The notes: a model not told the origin generated them from the letters alone. A DNA stretch of 55,032 nt from Solirubrobacterales bacterium (GCA_035461345.1 DATHVJ010000187.1:1-55032), one strand, 5' to 3'. Positions 42,000-51,639 are shown, numbered from the stretch's first letter. Translations and numbers: made by a program.

Positions 42000-43115
42000 G
42001 TGCGTTTCGAGCATGGAGCCCTGGCAGCGACCGCGGCGCGCCGCGCGGTCGTCGCGGTGGTCCTCGCCGCATCCGTCGCCGCGTCGGCGACTCTCCCCGC
42101 CGGCGCCGGCGGGCGCGCCTACACGCCGCCGAAGAAGAAGACCTACCACGGCGTGCGCGAGACCGGCGAGCTCAAGCACTGGTTCCGGTTCGCGACGGCG
42201 GTTCGCGCCCACCCGGCCGTGATGCAGACGTTCCACACCTGGGGCACCCGCCCGACGATGGCGATGGAGCGATGGACCGCGGCGAGGGCCCGCGGGATGC
42301 TGAGCGTCTCGACCGCGACCGGGGGCGAGCCCGAGGAGATCGACCCGTACGGAATCGCGCACGGCCAGGGCGACGGGTATCCGCTGTGGCTGAACCATGA
42401 CATCGCCGCCTGGGGCCACCCGACCTACATCCGGCTGATGCCGGAGATGAACGGGCACTGGAACCCCTATTCCGCGTTCAACTCGAACGGAAGCTCGCGA
42501 GGCAAGCGCCACTCGACGCACTGGTTTCGCCACGCGTGGAGGCGATTCGCGCTGATCGTACGCGGCGGCACGACCGCGAAGATCAACCGGCGGCTCGAGG
42601 CGCTGGACATGAAGCCGATCCAGGCCCGGGGCCCGTACGAGCGCAGCGAGGTCCCGGCGCATCTGCCGCGTCCGAAGGTGGCGCTGATGTGGGTTCCACA
42701 AACCGAGGGGTCGCCGAACCTGTTGTCGAACGGACCGGACGACTACTGGCCGGGAGGCAGGTACACGGACTGGGTCGGGCTCGACATGTACTCGATCTAT
42801 CCCAACTTCGACGGCTTCAACCGCTTCTATCGCGCGTACCGCGGGAAGCCGTTCGTCGTCGGCGAGTACGGGCTGTGGGGCGAGGACAACCCGAGCTGGG
42901 TGAAGCGGATGTTCCGTTGGGCGCGCAACCACCGGCGCGCGCGACTGCTCGTCTACTACACGACCGTCGCCGACTCCGACCCGTTCAAGATCTGGGATCA
43001 CCCACGCAGCCGGCGCATGATGCGCAAGATCCTCAACCGCAAGCGGTATCCGGCCTTCGCGCCCGAGGCCAACGACTACGCCGGGCCGACCGGCGGAGTG
43101 GGCGCCGGCGGTTAG
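42000..43115 (+). CDS. secreted glycoside hydrolase, GH26 (beta-mannanase)-like
   Basis: Signal-like RRAVVAVVLAASVAASATLPAGAGG. IRLMPEMNGHWNPY resembles the GH26 acid/base region. DWVGLDMY and PFVVGEYGLWG resemble the nucleophile region. The start is uncertain (GTG 42000, TTG 41988 or GTG 41985). Confidence 0.6.
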   Translation: MRFEHGALAATAARRAVVAVVLAASVAASATLPAGAGGRAYTPPKKKTYHGVRETGELKHWFRFATAVRAHPAVMQTFHTWGTRPTMAMERWTAARARGMLSVSTATGGEPEEIDPYGIAHGQGDGYPLWLNHDIAAWGHPTYIRLMPEMNGHWNPYSAFNSNGSSRGKRHSTHWFRHAWRRFALIVRGGTTAKINRRLEALDMKPIQARGPYERSEVPAHLPRPKVALMWVPQTEGSPNLLSNGPDDYWPGGRYTDWVGLDMYSIYPNFDGFNRFYRAYRGKPFVVGEYGLWGEDNPSWVKRMFRWARNHRRARLLVYYTTVADSDPFKIWDHPRSRRMMRKILNRKRYPAFAPEANDYAGPTGGVGAGG

Positions 43116-44434
43116 GGAGCGGTGGGGGCGCCCGTCTGCGGCGGAGCGCCCGTCGGAGGCGCGGCCCCCGTCGGAGGCGCGGCCCCCGTCGGCGGCGCGG
43201 CCCCGGTCGGAGGCGCGCCGGGCTGCGGCGCGCCACCGGGGCCGACCGGCGCGACACCCGGCGGGAGACCCTCGCCCTGCTCGGCCGCCGGCGCCAGCGG
43301 GCCCTGCGCCAGCCCCGGCGTGATGACTCCCGGGGTCACCGACCCCGCGCTGCCGGGTGCGGCCGGACGGCTTGACTGCACGGGCGGCGCGCCCTCCGGC
43401 GTCGGTGGAGGCGGGGCGTTGGCGCACCGCTCGATCACGTAGTCGGGAGCGCAGAACGTCCGCTCGGTCCACTTGTCGACGAAATCGCTCTCGAACTCGG
43501 TCGCCGCGAGCTGCTGCTGGGCGCCGGTGATCTGCTGCGTGATCTGCTCCCGGGCCTCGTCCAGGGGCGTCGTCTTCGCCTCCGTCACCTTTGCGACCTG
43601 GATCAGGTAGAAGCCCTCCTCGGTCTCGAACGGCCCCACCAGCTCGCCCTCTTCGGCGCCGAACGCCTCCTCGTCGAAGGTCGCGTCGCTCTGACCCTCG
43701 ACGAGGCCAACCCTGAGGCCGCCGCGGCTCTGCGCCGACTGGTCGGTGGAGAACCGCTTCACGGCCTGCTTCCAGGCGTCGACCGAGTCGTCCTGGTCGA
43801 GCAGCTGGCGCGCCTGCTCGACCTTGTCCTGGTCCTCGTTCAAGACCACGCGCACGTCGCGCGACTCGGGCTGCTCGAACTGGCTCGAGTTCTCCTCGTA
43901 GAACGCCTCGACGGTCCCGGACGGAACGTCCTCGGCCTGCCCCGACAGGGCCTCCTCCTGTACGCGCTCGCTGAGAAGGGTCAGGCGCACTCGCTGCGTG
44001 GCGTCCTCCTCGCTGAAGCCCGACTGATCGAGGAAGCGGCGGAACTCCTTCTCGTCCTCGAAGTTCTGCTTCTTGATCTGCTCCAGTCGCTGCTCGACCT
44101 CGCTGTCGGTGACCGTTATCCCCTCCTCCTCGGCCTCGCCCTCGACCCAGCGGCCCAGAAGGAGGTCGGACATCGCCTGCTCCTTGAGCGCCTCGTACTG
44201 GGGATCTTCCTCGTTCGGCACGCGGCCGCCCTGCGACGCGGCGGCCTGCTCGAGCGACGAGTCGAGCTCCTCCTGCGTGATCGGGCCGCCCGGCGCGTCG
44301 TCGACCACCGCGACGTCCCCGGACGGGACCTCGGGGTTCGTCAGACCTTGGGCGACGGCCCAGATCGCGAAGAACGCGACCAGGAACACCGCCAGGGCGA
44401 TGACAACGATCCGCTTCAGGCTTGCAGCCGCCAC
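43112..44434 (-). CDS. membrane-anchored peptidyl-prolyl isomerase (SurA-N + parvulin/PpiC domain) with Pro-rich repeat tail
   Basis: GTG start. N-terminal TM IVVIALAVFLVAFFAIWAV. Parvulin-like VRVVLNEDQDKVEQARQLL...RGGLRVGLVEGQSDATFDEEAF...GPFETEEGFYLIQV. Tail is (PPTGAA)x4. Confidence 0.75.
   Translation of the reverse strand: MAAASLKRIVVIALAVFLVAFFAIWAVAQGLTNPEVPSGDVAVVDDAPGGPITQEELDSSLEQAAASQGGRVPNEEDPQYEALKEQAMSDLLLGRWVEGEAEEEGITVTDSEVEQRLEQIKKQNFEDEKEFRRFLDQSGFSEEDATQRVRLTLLSERVQEEALSGQAEDVPSGTVEAFYEENSSQFEQPESRDVRVVLNEDQDKVEQARQLLDQDDSVDAWKQAVKRFSTDQSAQSRGGLRVGLVEGQSDATFDEEAFGAEEGELVGPFETEEGFYLIQVAKVTEAKTTPLDEAREQITQQITGAQQQLAATEFESDFVDKWTERTFCAPDYVIERCANAPPPPTPEGAPPVQSSRPAAPGSAGSVTPGVITPGLAQGPLAPAAEQGEGLPPGVAPVGPGGAPQPGAPPTGAAPPTGAAPPTGAAPPTGAPPQTGAPTAP
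43143..43214 (-). repeat. in-frame 18-nt tandem repeat x4 (gcggcccccgtcggaggc) encoding PPTGAA repeats
   Basis: Read directly from the sequence. Confidence 0.8.
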
Positions 44435-44540
44435 GAGGGCGGGAGCATAACGAGCGGGGTTAAGAAAGCATCAATCCCGCGAAATCCTCCCTGATCACAG
44501 GCCATCAGCCTGTCGCGGTGACGTGCGTCGCCGCGCCCCG

Positions 44541-47500
44541 TCACCTGTCCGCTTTAGCGGGGTCACCTGCAGCACGAGCTTGGGTAACCCCTTCGGCCAC
44601 GGCGAGAGCCGCAGCGAGGCGCGCGGCGGGCTCGGGGGGGACGCGGGTCGAGACGGTCTTCGTGCGGAAGTCATAGTCGGCCCGCGGGAGCCGCTCGCGC
44701 AGGGCGTCCGCCTGATCTCCCTCGAGCTCGATCGGCGCGGCGGACAGCCGCCCGCCGCGAACCTCGACCGTCCGCGCGCCGGCGCGGCCGAGCTCGATCC
44801 GCGCGCGCTGCTGCTCCAGCAGGCTCTCCACGGGCTCCGGGAGGGGCCCGAAGCGGTCCGCGAGCTCGTCGCGCAGCGCCCGGAGCTCGCTGGTCTCGCG
44901 CGCGCCCGCTATCCGCCGGTGGACGTCGATCTTCGCAGCCTCGAACGGGACGTAGTCGCCGGGGACGTAGGCGTCGACGTCGAGGTCCAGCCTGACCGCG
45001 GCCTCGTACGACGGGGCGCCGCCGTCGCCGTCCGCGGCCCGCTCCGCCTCCACCGCCTCGTCCAGCAGCGCGCAGTAGAGCTCGAACCCGACCGCCGCCA
45101 CGTGGCCCGACTGCTCGTCCCCGAGCAGGTTGCCCGCGCCGCGGATCTCGAGGTCGCGCATCGCGATCGCGAACCCCGAGCCGAGCTCCGTGTGGTCCGA
45201 CAACGTCGCGAGTCGCGCGGCGGCGTCCGCCGTCAGCGCGCCGGCGGACGGATACAGCAGGTACGCGTAGGCCCGCTCCCGGGAGCGCCCGACACGGCCG
45301 CGGATCTGGTACGCCTGCGCGAGGCCGAGCTCGTCGGCCCGCTCGACGATCAAAGTGTTGGCGGTCGGGATGTCGAGCCCGGACTCGATGATCGTCGTCG
45401 CGACGAGGCAGTCGGCCCCGCCGCGCAGGAAGTCGAGCATCGTCTCCTCGAGCTCGCGCTCGTCCATCTGCCCGTGCGCCTCGGCGAACTGCACCCCGGG
45501 GCAGAGCGCGCGCAGGCGGTCGGCGGTCTCGGACAAGGTCTCGACGCGGTTGTGAAGGAAGAACGCCTGTCCCCCCCGCTCCACCTCGCGCTCGATCGCG
45601 CGCTTGACGAGCGCGTCGTCGTACGGGCCGACGAAGGTGCGGATCGGCCGCCGCCCCTCGGGCGGCGTCTCGATCACGGAGATGTCGCGCAGCCCCGCGA
45701 GGCTCATCTGCAGGGTGCGCGGGATCGGCGTCGCCGACAGCGAGATCACGTCGACCCTCAGCTTGAGCTGGCGCAGGAGATCCTTCTGGCGCACCCCGAA
45801 GCGCTGCTCCTCGTCGACGATCAGCAGGCCCAGCTCCTCGGCGCGAACGTCGCGGGATAGCAGCCGGTGGGTGCCGATCAGGATGTCCACCTTCCCGGCG
45901 GCGAAGTCCGCCAGCACCTCGCGGTTCTCCGCCGGCCGGCGCAGCCGGGAGACCATCTCGATCCGGAACGGCAGCTCCGCCAGGCGCTCGCGGAACGTCC
46001 CCAGGTGCTGCTGGGCGAGGATCGTCGTCGGGACGAGCATCATCACCTGGGTGCCGTCGGCGGCGGCCTTGTGCGCGGCGCGCAGCGCGACCTCGGTCTT
46101 GCCGTAGCCGACGTCCCCGCAGATCAGCCGGTCCATCGGCTGCACCGCCTCCATGTCGCCCTTGACCGCGTCCACCGCGGCGAGCTGGTCGGCCGTCTCG
46201 CGGTACGGGAACGCGCGCTCGAGCGTTAGCTGCCACTCCCCGTCCGGCGGGAAGGCGCGGCCGCGGCGCGCGCGGCGCTCGGCGTACAGGTTGAGCAGAT
46301 CGCCGGCGAGGTCGCGGGCCGCCCGCCGCGCGCGGGCCTTCATCCCCTCCCAGCGCTGGCTGCCGAGCGCCGAGAGCTGCGGCGCGGCGCCGCCGGTCCC
46401 GACGTAGCGGGTGATCTTGGCCAGCTGCTCAGCGGGGACGAAGACGCGGTCCTCGCCGCGGTACTCGAGCTGCAGGTAGTCGCGCGTCACCCCGGCCACC
46501 GAGCGGGTCTCGAACCCGGCGAAGCGCGCGATCCCGTGGTCCTCGTGGACGACGTAGTCCCCGACGCGCAGCTCAGTGAACGACGTCAGCCGCCCGCGGG
46601 CGGTAGGCGGCGCATCCGGGCGCCGGCGGTGGACGAGCCGGCGCTGAGGGATGACCGCGAGCCGCAGCTGCGGGGAGACGAAGCCGTCGGCGAGCGCAGC
46701 CTCGCCGAACAGCAGCACCCCGTCTCCGCGGGCGTGGGCTCGTCGCGCTTCCGCCGGCAGGGTCCCGCCGTCGAGCAGCGTCGCGTCGAGACGGCTCAGG
46801 TTGTAGCGCGCCCGCTCGGCCTCGCCGCGGTGCTCGAACGTCACCGTCGCCAGGTATCCGGAGCGAAGCTCGCGCTCCAGCTCGCCCTCGGCCTCGGACA
46901 TGCTGCGCGCCGCGAACGCAGGCCGCTGGGCTCGGAAGGAGCGCTCGTGGCCAGACTCGACGCCGGAGATCGACAGCGCGGCTCGCCCCCGCAGCGGCTC
47001 GGCGACCTCGACGTACAGATGGCGGGCGTCGTCGGCGTGCATGGCGATCGTGACGTCGTCCCAGTGGTCGGACAGCGCCGAGTCGATCTCCTCCTCCGCG
47101 GCGACGATCACCGCCGTCGACTCGCCGATCAGATCGAGCGGCGCCTGGAACCGGTCCGTGGGCAGCAGCTCGGCGACGTCGGGGCGCTCCCCGCCGCCGT
47201 TCCCGCTCGACTGCTCGCGCGCCTCGGAGAGGGCGAGCTCCGCGAGCTCGCGGTGCTCGGCGGCGAGCTCGGCCGCCGGCGCCAGCTCGACTCGCTCGGC
47301 GTCTCCCAGCGAGCGCTGGGTGAAGGTCGAGAACCAGCGCAGGGACTCGATCTCGTCGCCGAACAGCTCCACGCGCACGGCGCGGTCCTCGGTCGCCCCG
47401 AAGACGTCGAGGATGCCGCCCCGGGCGGCGAACTGGCCGCGGTCCTCGACCTGGTCGACGCGCTCGTACCCGGCTTCGACGAGCCGCATCGCGACCGCGT

Positions 47501-47963
47501 CGAGGTCGATCTCGTCACCGGCGGCGAGGGCGAACCCGGCGGGGCGGAGCGAGGCCTCGGGGACCGCCTCGGCGAGGGCGACGGCGCTGGCGACGACGAC
47601 GGGCTCCGGCGCGGCTCCCGTCAGCGCGTCGAGGGCCGCGATCCGCAGCCCCACCAGGTGGGGGGGCGGGGCGACGTGAGACTCGTATCCGGTCCCGCGG
47701 GACGGGTAGTAGCGAACCGGCCGCGGGCTCAGGTAAGCGTTCAGATCGCGCGCGAGGTCGCGCGCCGAGCGGTCGTCGGCGGTTACGACGAGCGCCGGCC
47801 GGCCGGCCAGCCCGTACTCCGCCTCGACGAGCGCCGCGAGCAGGTACGGGCGCACCGCGGGCGACATGTGGGCGCCGAGCCCCTCGTTCGCGCACACGGC
47901 GGTCGCCAGCGACCGGAAGTCGCCGTCCTCGGTTGCGATCTCGAGCAGGGGGCGAAGCGCCAT
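44541..47963 (-). CDS. mfd: transcription-repair coupling factor
   Basis: 1140 aa. UvrB-homology N-terminus, CarD-like RVGDYVVHEDHGIARF, helicase motifs GDVGYGKTEVA, DEEQRFG, SATPIPRT and QAYQIRGRVGRS, plus the TRG/C-terminal domain. Confidence 0.95.
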   Translation of the reverse strand: MALRPLLEIATEDGDFRSLATAVCANEGLGAHMSPAVRPYLLAALVEAEYGLAGRPALVVTADDRSARDLARDLNAYLSPRPVRYYPSRGTGYESHVAPPPHLVGLRIAALDALTGAAPEPVVVASAVALAEAVPEASLRPAGFALAAGDEIDLDAVAMRLVEAGYERVDQVEDRGQFAARGGILDVFGATEDRAVRVELFGDEIESLRWFSTFTQRSLGDAERVELAPAAELAAEHRELAELALSEAREQSSGNGGGERPDVAELLPTDRFQAPLDLIGESTAVIVAAEEEIDSALSDHWDDVTIAMHADDARHLYVEVAEPLRGRAALSISGVESGHERSFRAQRPAFAARSMSEAEGELERELRSGYLATVTFEHRGEAERARYNLSRLDATLLDGGTLPAEARRAHARGDGVLLFGEAALADGFVSPQLRLAVIPQRRLVHRRRPDAPPTARGRLTSFTELRVGDYVVHEDHGIARFAGFETRSVAGVTRDYLQLEYRGEDRVFVPAEQLAKITRYVGTGGAAPQLSALGSQRWEGMKARARRAARDLAGDLLNLYAERRARRGRAFPPDGEWQLTLERAFPYRETADQLAAVDAVKGDMEAVQPMDRLICGDVGYGKTEVALRAAHKAAADGTQVMMLVPTTILAQQHLGTFRERLAELPFRIEMVSRLRRPAENREVLADFAAGKVDILIGTHRLLSRDVRAEELGLLIVDEEQRFGVRQKDLLRQLKLRVDVISLSATPIPRTLQMSLAGLRDISVIETPPEGRRPIRTFVGPYDDALVKRAIEREVERGGQAFFLHNRVETLSETADRLRALCPGVQFAEAHGQMDERELEETMLDFLRGGADCLVATTIIESGLDIPTANTLIVERADELGLAQAYQIRGRVGRSRERAYAYLLYPSAGALTADAAARLATLSDHTELGSGFAIAMRDLEIRGAGNLLGDEQSGHVAAVGFELYCALLDEAVEAERAADGDGGAPSYEAAVRLDLDVDAYVPGDYVPFEAAKIDVHRRIAGARETSELRALRDELADRFGPLPEPVESLLEQQRARIELGRAGARTVEVRGGRLSAAPIELEGDQADALRERLPRADYDFRTKTVSTRVPPEPAARLAAALAVAEGVTQARAAGDPAKADR

Positions 47964-47984
47964 GCCTCCAAATCTAGGCGGACG

Positions 47985-48707
47985 TCACTCGCTGTAGGGG
48001 AGCCCCCGCCCGGAGAGCTGCCACTCGACCTGGCCGCGGCCCTCCGCGCGCGAGCGCTCCTCGACCCCGTCCCACCCGTGCAGCATCGACTTCAGGCGGG
48101 CGACCATCTCGGGGTCGTTCGCGGCGACCCCGGCGGCGAGATCGAGCGCCCCCTGCTCGGTGCGGGCGGCCGGGACGACCTTGTGGACGAGGCCCCAGCG
48201 CAGCGCTTCGTCGGCGCCGACGTCGCGCGACGTGAGCAGCAGGTACTTGGCGACCGACAGCCCGCATAGGGTGACGAGGCGCGCGGGGCCCACGGGCATG
48301 CCGAGCGCGGCGCCGGGGAACCGCATCCGCAGGTTCGAGCCGCCGACCCTGAGATCGCAGGCGACGGCGATCTCGGCTCCGCCGCCGACGCACGACCCGT
48401 GACAGGCCGCCACCGTCGGCTTGGGGAAGCCGGTGATCTCGTCGTAGAGCTCGGAGAACAACTCGATGCGGCGCACCGATCCGTCGGCGTCGAGCTTCTC
48501 GCGGACATCGGCGCCCGCCGACAAGCCCATGTGGTCGGTGGACGAGATCGCCAGCACGCGCGCGGCGTCGTCGTCGCGTGCGGCAGCGAGGTGCTCGAGC
48601 AGCTCGTCAAGCATCTGCGTGTTGATCGCGTTGCGGGCCTCGGGCCGGTCGAGGCGCAGCAGAGCGACTCCGTCGTCGACGTCGTATGTAGTCACCTGGT
48701 CGCTCAT
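47985..48707 (-). CDS. enoyl-CoA hydratase/isomerase (crotonase) family protein
   Basis: 240 aa. LLRLDRPEARNAI, SAGADV, PKPTVAACHGSCVGGGAEIAVACDLR. The start overlaps the pth stop (ATGA). Confidence 0.85.
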   Translation of the reverse strand: MSDQVTTYDVDDGVALLRLDRPEARNAINTQMLDELLEHLAAARDDDAARVLAISSTDHMGLSAGADVREKLDADGSVRRIELFSELYDEITGFPKPTVAACHGSCVGGGAEIAVACDLRVGGSNLRMRFPGAALGMPVGPARLVTLCGLSVAKYLLLTSRDVGADEALRWGLVHKVVPAARTEQGALDLAAGVAANDPEMVARLKSMLHGWDGVEERSRAEGRGQVEWQLSGRGLPYSE

Positions 48708-49300
48708 TCGGCGCTTCGGCTCGCCTCCCCGACCACGCGCTCGACTTCGTCGGCGGCGCGCTCGATCAGCTCTCGCACCTCGGACTCATCCTCCTCGAAG
48801 CGGCCCAGCACGTGCCGCGAGACCAGCTCCGGGTCGGTGGTGTCGGGGCGCCCGACCCCGACGCGGACGCGGCGGAACCCCGGCCCCCCGAGATGCTGGG
48901 CGAGGCTCTTGAGCCCGTTGTGCCCCGCGAGGCCGCCGCCGAGCCTGCTGCGGACCTCCCCGAACGGGAGGTCGATCTCGTCGTGCACCGCGACGACCCG
49001 GTCGAGCGGCACCTTGAGCGCGCCCCGCGCGGGCCCCGCCGACGCCCCCGACTCGTTCATGTACGTCTGCGGCATCAGCACCGCGACCCGCGGGCCGCCG
49101 GCACCGGCTCGCCCCTCGGCGATCAGGCCTCGGTACCGCTTCCGGGGTCGGGGGAGCTGCCACCGGTCGGCGACCACCCGCGCGACCTCGAACCCGACGT
49201 TGTGGCGGGTGCCGGCGTAGCGGCGCTCGGGGTTGCCGAGCCCGACGACAAGAACACTTCCGGAGTCCCCGCGCCTTCCGCGGCGCCGGAAGAGCGACAG
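48704..49300 (-). CDS. pth: peptidyl-tRNA hydrolase; 5' end uncertain (only a CTG is available upstream of the conserved N-terminus)
   Basis: My translation upstream of the track ORF reads LSLFRRRGRRGDSGSVLVVGLGNPERRYAGTRHNVGFEVARVVADRW. This is the conserved Pth N-terminus, including the catalytic His in TRHNVGF. It continues with MNESG, HDEIDLPFG and GHNGLKS. No ATG, GTG or TTG lies between the in-frame TAG at 49304-49306 and the GTG at 49175-49177. Confidence 0.75.
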   Translation of the reverse strand: MSLFRRRGRRGDSGSVLVVGLGNPERRYAGTRHNVGFEVARVVADRWQLPRPRKRYRGLIAEGRAGAGGPRVAVLMPQTYMNESGASAGPARGALKVPLDRVVAVHDEIDLPFGEVRSRLGGGLAGHNGLKSLAQHLGGPGFRRVRVGVGRPDTTDPELVSRHVLGRFEEDESEVRELIERAADEVERVVGEASRSAE

Positions 49301-49303
49301 CGC

Positions 49304-50029
49304 CTACTCCTCTCCACCGTCGCCGCCCTCGCCCTCGGCAGCGGGCGCCTCGCCCTCGGCAGCGGGCGCCTCGCCCTCGGGGGCCTCCTCGCCCTCGGGC
49401 ACCTCGCCCTCCTCGCCGACGAGCTCGGCCTCCTCCTCGAGCTCGGGCTCGGGCTCCTCCTCGATCCGGGGCGGCGACAGCGTCGCGACGGTGACCTCCT
49501 CCGGGTCGTCGGCCATGAACTCGACGCCGCTCGGCGGTCTCAGCGAGGCGAGCTGGAGGGTGTCGCCGATCACCATCTCGGACACGTCCGCGTGGATCAC
49601 CTCGGGGATGTCGGCAGGGAGCGCCTCGACCGTGATCTCGCGGGTGACGTGCTCGAGCACGCCGCCCTCCTTGACCCCGGGCGCCTCCTCGGCGCCCTCG
49701 AGCTCGAGCGCGACCTCGGCCTGGATCGCCTCGTCGAGCTTCACCTCGAGGCAGTCGATGTGGAGCAGGTCGCCGCGCACCGGATGGTGCTGCTGCTCCT
49801 TGACGACGACGGGGACGGCCGCAGAGCCCTCGATCTCGAGGTCGAACAGGGTGTGGCCGTTGGTGAGGAAGGTGCGGATCTCGCGCGCGCCGACCTGGAA
49901 CGGCCGCGCATCGGCGCCGCCCGCGTACAGCACGCCGGGCACGAATCCCGCACGGCGAAGCCGCCGGCTCTCGCGGGAGCCGAAGTCCTCGCGCTCCGCG
50001 ACCTTGAGCGTCTCGCGACCCTGCGCCAT
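49304..50029 (-). CDS. rplY: 50S ribosomal protein L25 / general stress protein Ctc with acidic repeat tail
   Basis: MAQGRETLKVAEREDFGSRESRRLRRAGFVPGVLYAGG...HPVRGDLLHIDCLEV. The C-terminal tail is Glu/Pro/Ala-rich. The ATG at 50027-50029 is preferred over the track start at 50095. Confidence 0.85.
   Translation of the reverse strand: MAQGRETLKVAEREDFGSRESRRLRRAGFVPGVLYAGGADARPFQVGAREIRTFLTNGHTLFDLEIEGSAAVPVVVKEQQHHPVRGDLLHIDCLEVKLDEAIQAEVALELEGAEEAPGVKEGGVLEHVTREITVEALPADIPEVIHADVSEMVIGDTLQLASLRPPSGVEFMADDPEEVTVATLSPPRIEEEPEPELEEEAELVGEEGEVPEGEEAPEGEAPAAEGEAPAAEGEGGDGGEE
49328..49382 (-). repeat. in-frame 21-nt tandem repeat x2.6 (ctcgccctcggcagcgggcgc) encoding EGEAPAA repeats in Ctc
   Basis: Read directly from the sequence. 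Confidence 0.8.
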
Positions 50030-50109
50030 CGCGAGGAGGATAGAGAACGCCGACAGTGGCTTTCCGAGGACCCGCGGGGGTTCTCCGATGGTCACTTAGG
50101 CTTCGTCCG

Positions 50110-51522
50110 ATGGCGCGCGACAACGAGATCCCGAAGGGACGGGTACGGCGCTCCGCGAAGCTCGGCTCGACGCTGGGCGTGCAGGCCACCCGCTACGCGG
50201 GCACGAAGACCGCCAACGTGGCGCGGTCCCGGGAGACCGCCGAGGAGCGGCTCGAGGGCCGCCACCTGGAGACGGCGCTGAAGATCGCCTCGACCCTCGG
50301 CGAGATGAAGGGCGCGGCGATGAAACTCGGCCAGCTCGCCTCGTTCGTCGACACCGACTTCCTACCCGACGAGTACCGCGAGCTGTACCAGGAGCAGCTG
50401 GCGAAGCTGCGCACCTCCGCCCCGGCGATGCCGTGGGAGAAGGTGGTCAAGGTGCTCGAGGCCGAGTACCGCGACGAGCGGCTCGACGAGCTGTTCTCCG
50501 ACATCGAGCCCCAGGCGTTCGCGGCCGCCTCGATCGGCCAGGTTCACCGCGCCACGCTTCACGACGGTCGCACCGTCGCGGTCAAGGTCCAGTACCCGGG
50601 GGTCGCCGATGCGCTCGAGGCCGACCTCCAGAACATGGGGATGATCGTTCGCCTCGGGAAGGCGCTCGCCCCCGGGCTCGACCCGAAGGCGATCGCCGAG
50701 GAGGTCCGCGAGCGGGTGATGGAGGAGCTCGACTACGAGTACGAGGCGCAGAACCAGCGCTCGTTCTCGCGCGCCTACCGCCGCCACCCGTTCGTCTACG
50801 TCCCGGACGTGCTGACCCGGCTGTCTCGGCGGCGGGTGCTGGTGACCGAGTACGTCGAGGGCCTGGGTTTCGAGGAGGTGAAGCGGCTGGAGAAGCCCGA
50901 GCGCGATCGGTTCGGCGAGATCGTCTTCCGGTTCAGCTTCGGCTCGATCTACCACCTGCAGCACTTCAACGCCGACCCCCACCCGGGCAACTACATCCTG
51001 ATGGAGGACGGACGCGTCGCCTTCCTCGACTTCGGTATGACGAAGCGGCTCGACCCCGAGCAGATCGAGCTCGAGCAGCGGGCGGTCGACGCCGCGGCCC
51101 GGCGCGATCCCGAGGCGCTACGCGCCGCGCTTCACGACCTCGGCTTCGTCAAGAACCCGTCGAAGCTGGACGCCGAGCGGCTGATGGAGCACGTGATGGT
51201 CGTCGGCGGCTGGTACATGGAGGACCGCGAGATCGAGGTGTCGCCGCGGCGGGTGATGAAGGTGATCGAGTCGACCTCGGATCCGCGCTCCGAGTACTAC
51301 GGCCTGATGCGCCGGGAGAGCGTCCCCGCCGAGGAGCTGATGGGGCGGCGGATGGAGACCGGGGTGCTGGCGGTGCTCGCTCAGCTGCGCGCGAAGCGCA
51401 ACTGGTACCGGATCATGCGGGAGTGGGTGTACGCAGACCCGCCGGCGACGGAACTCGGCGCGCAGGAGTGGGAATACTTCGAGTCGCGCGGCGTCGTCAG
51501 GACGCCGGGTCTTGCGGGGTGA
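50110..51522 (+). CDS. ABC1/UbiB family atypical protein kinase
   Basis: ATG 50110 (MARDNEIPKGRVRR). GAAMKLGQLASF, AASIGQVHRATLHDGRTVAVKVQYPG, HFNADPHPGNYIL and LDFGM. Confidence 0.85.
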   Translation: MARDNEIPKGRVRRSAKLGSTLGVQATRYAGTKTANVARSRETAEERLEGRHLETALKIASTLGEMKGAAMKLGQLASFVDTDFLPDEYRELYQEQLAKLRTSAPAMPWEKVVKVLEAEYRDERLDELFSDIEPQAFAAASIGQVHRATLHDGRTVAVKVQYPGVADALEADLQNMGMIVRLGKALAPGLDPKAIAEEVRERVMEELDYEYEAQNQRSFSRAYRRHPFVYVPDVLTRLSRRRVLVTEYVEGLGFEEVKRLEKPERDRFGEIVFRFSFGSIYHLQHFNADPHPGNYILMEDGRVAFLDFGMTKRLDPEQIELEQRAVDAAARRDPEALRAALHDLGFVKNPSKLDAERLMEHVMVVGGWYMEDREIEVSPRRVMKVIESTSDPRSEYYGLMRRESVPAEELMGRRMETGVLAVLAQLRAKRNWYRIMREWVYADPPATELGAQEWEYFESRGVVRTPGLAG

Positions 51523-51532
51523 ATCAAGTTCT

Positions 51533-51625
51533 GCTCGCGTACTCGCTCCGCTCGCTCGCGAAGAACCACAAGCGGCAAGTTCGCTTGCGAACTTGCTGCT
51601 TAGAGGTGACTCGCTCTCGCGTCCG
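51533..51625 (-). repeat. REP-like repeat, copy D (long form, about 93 nt; palindromic core about 51563-51600)
   Basis: The reverse complement is collinear with 38966-39058. It shares the exact 16-mer cggacgcgagagcgag, the core agcaagttcgcaagcgaacttgc and the flank gcgagcgagcggagcgag. It lies between the convergent stops of the ABC1 kinase and MFS genes. Confidence 0.7.
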
Positions 51626-51639
51626 CCGCGAGCAGGTCT

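Noticed and set aside
41898-43472. Upstream 525 codons of the 671-aa minus-strand ORF 41457..43472
   Set aside because: This part is antisense to the GH26-like gene and the PPIase tail, and its composition is Arg/Gly/Pro-rich. Only the last 146 codons (zinc ribbon plus TM) look real.
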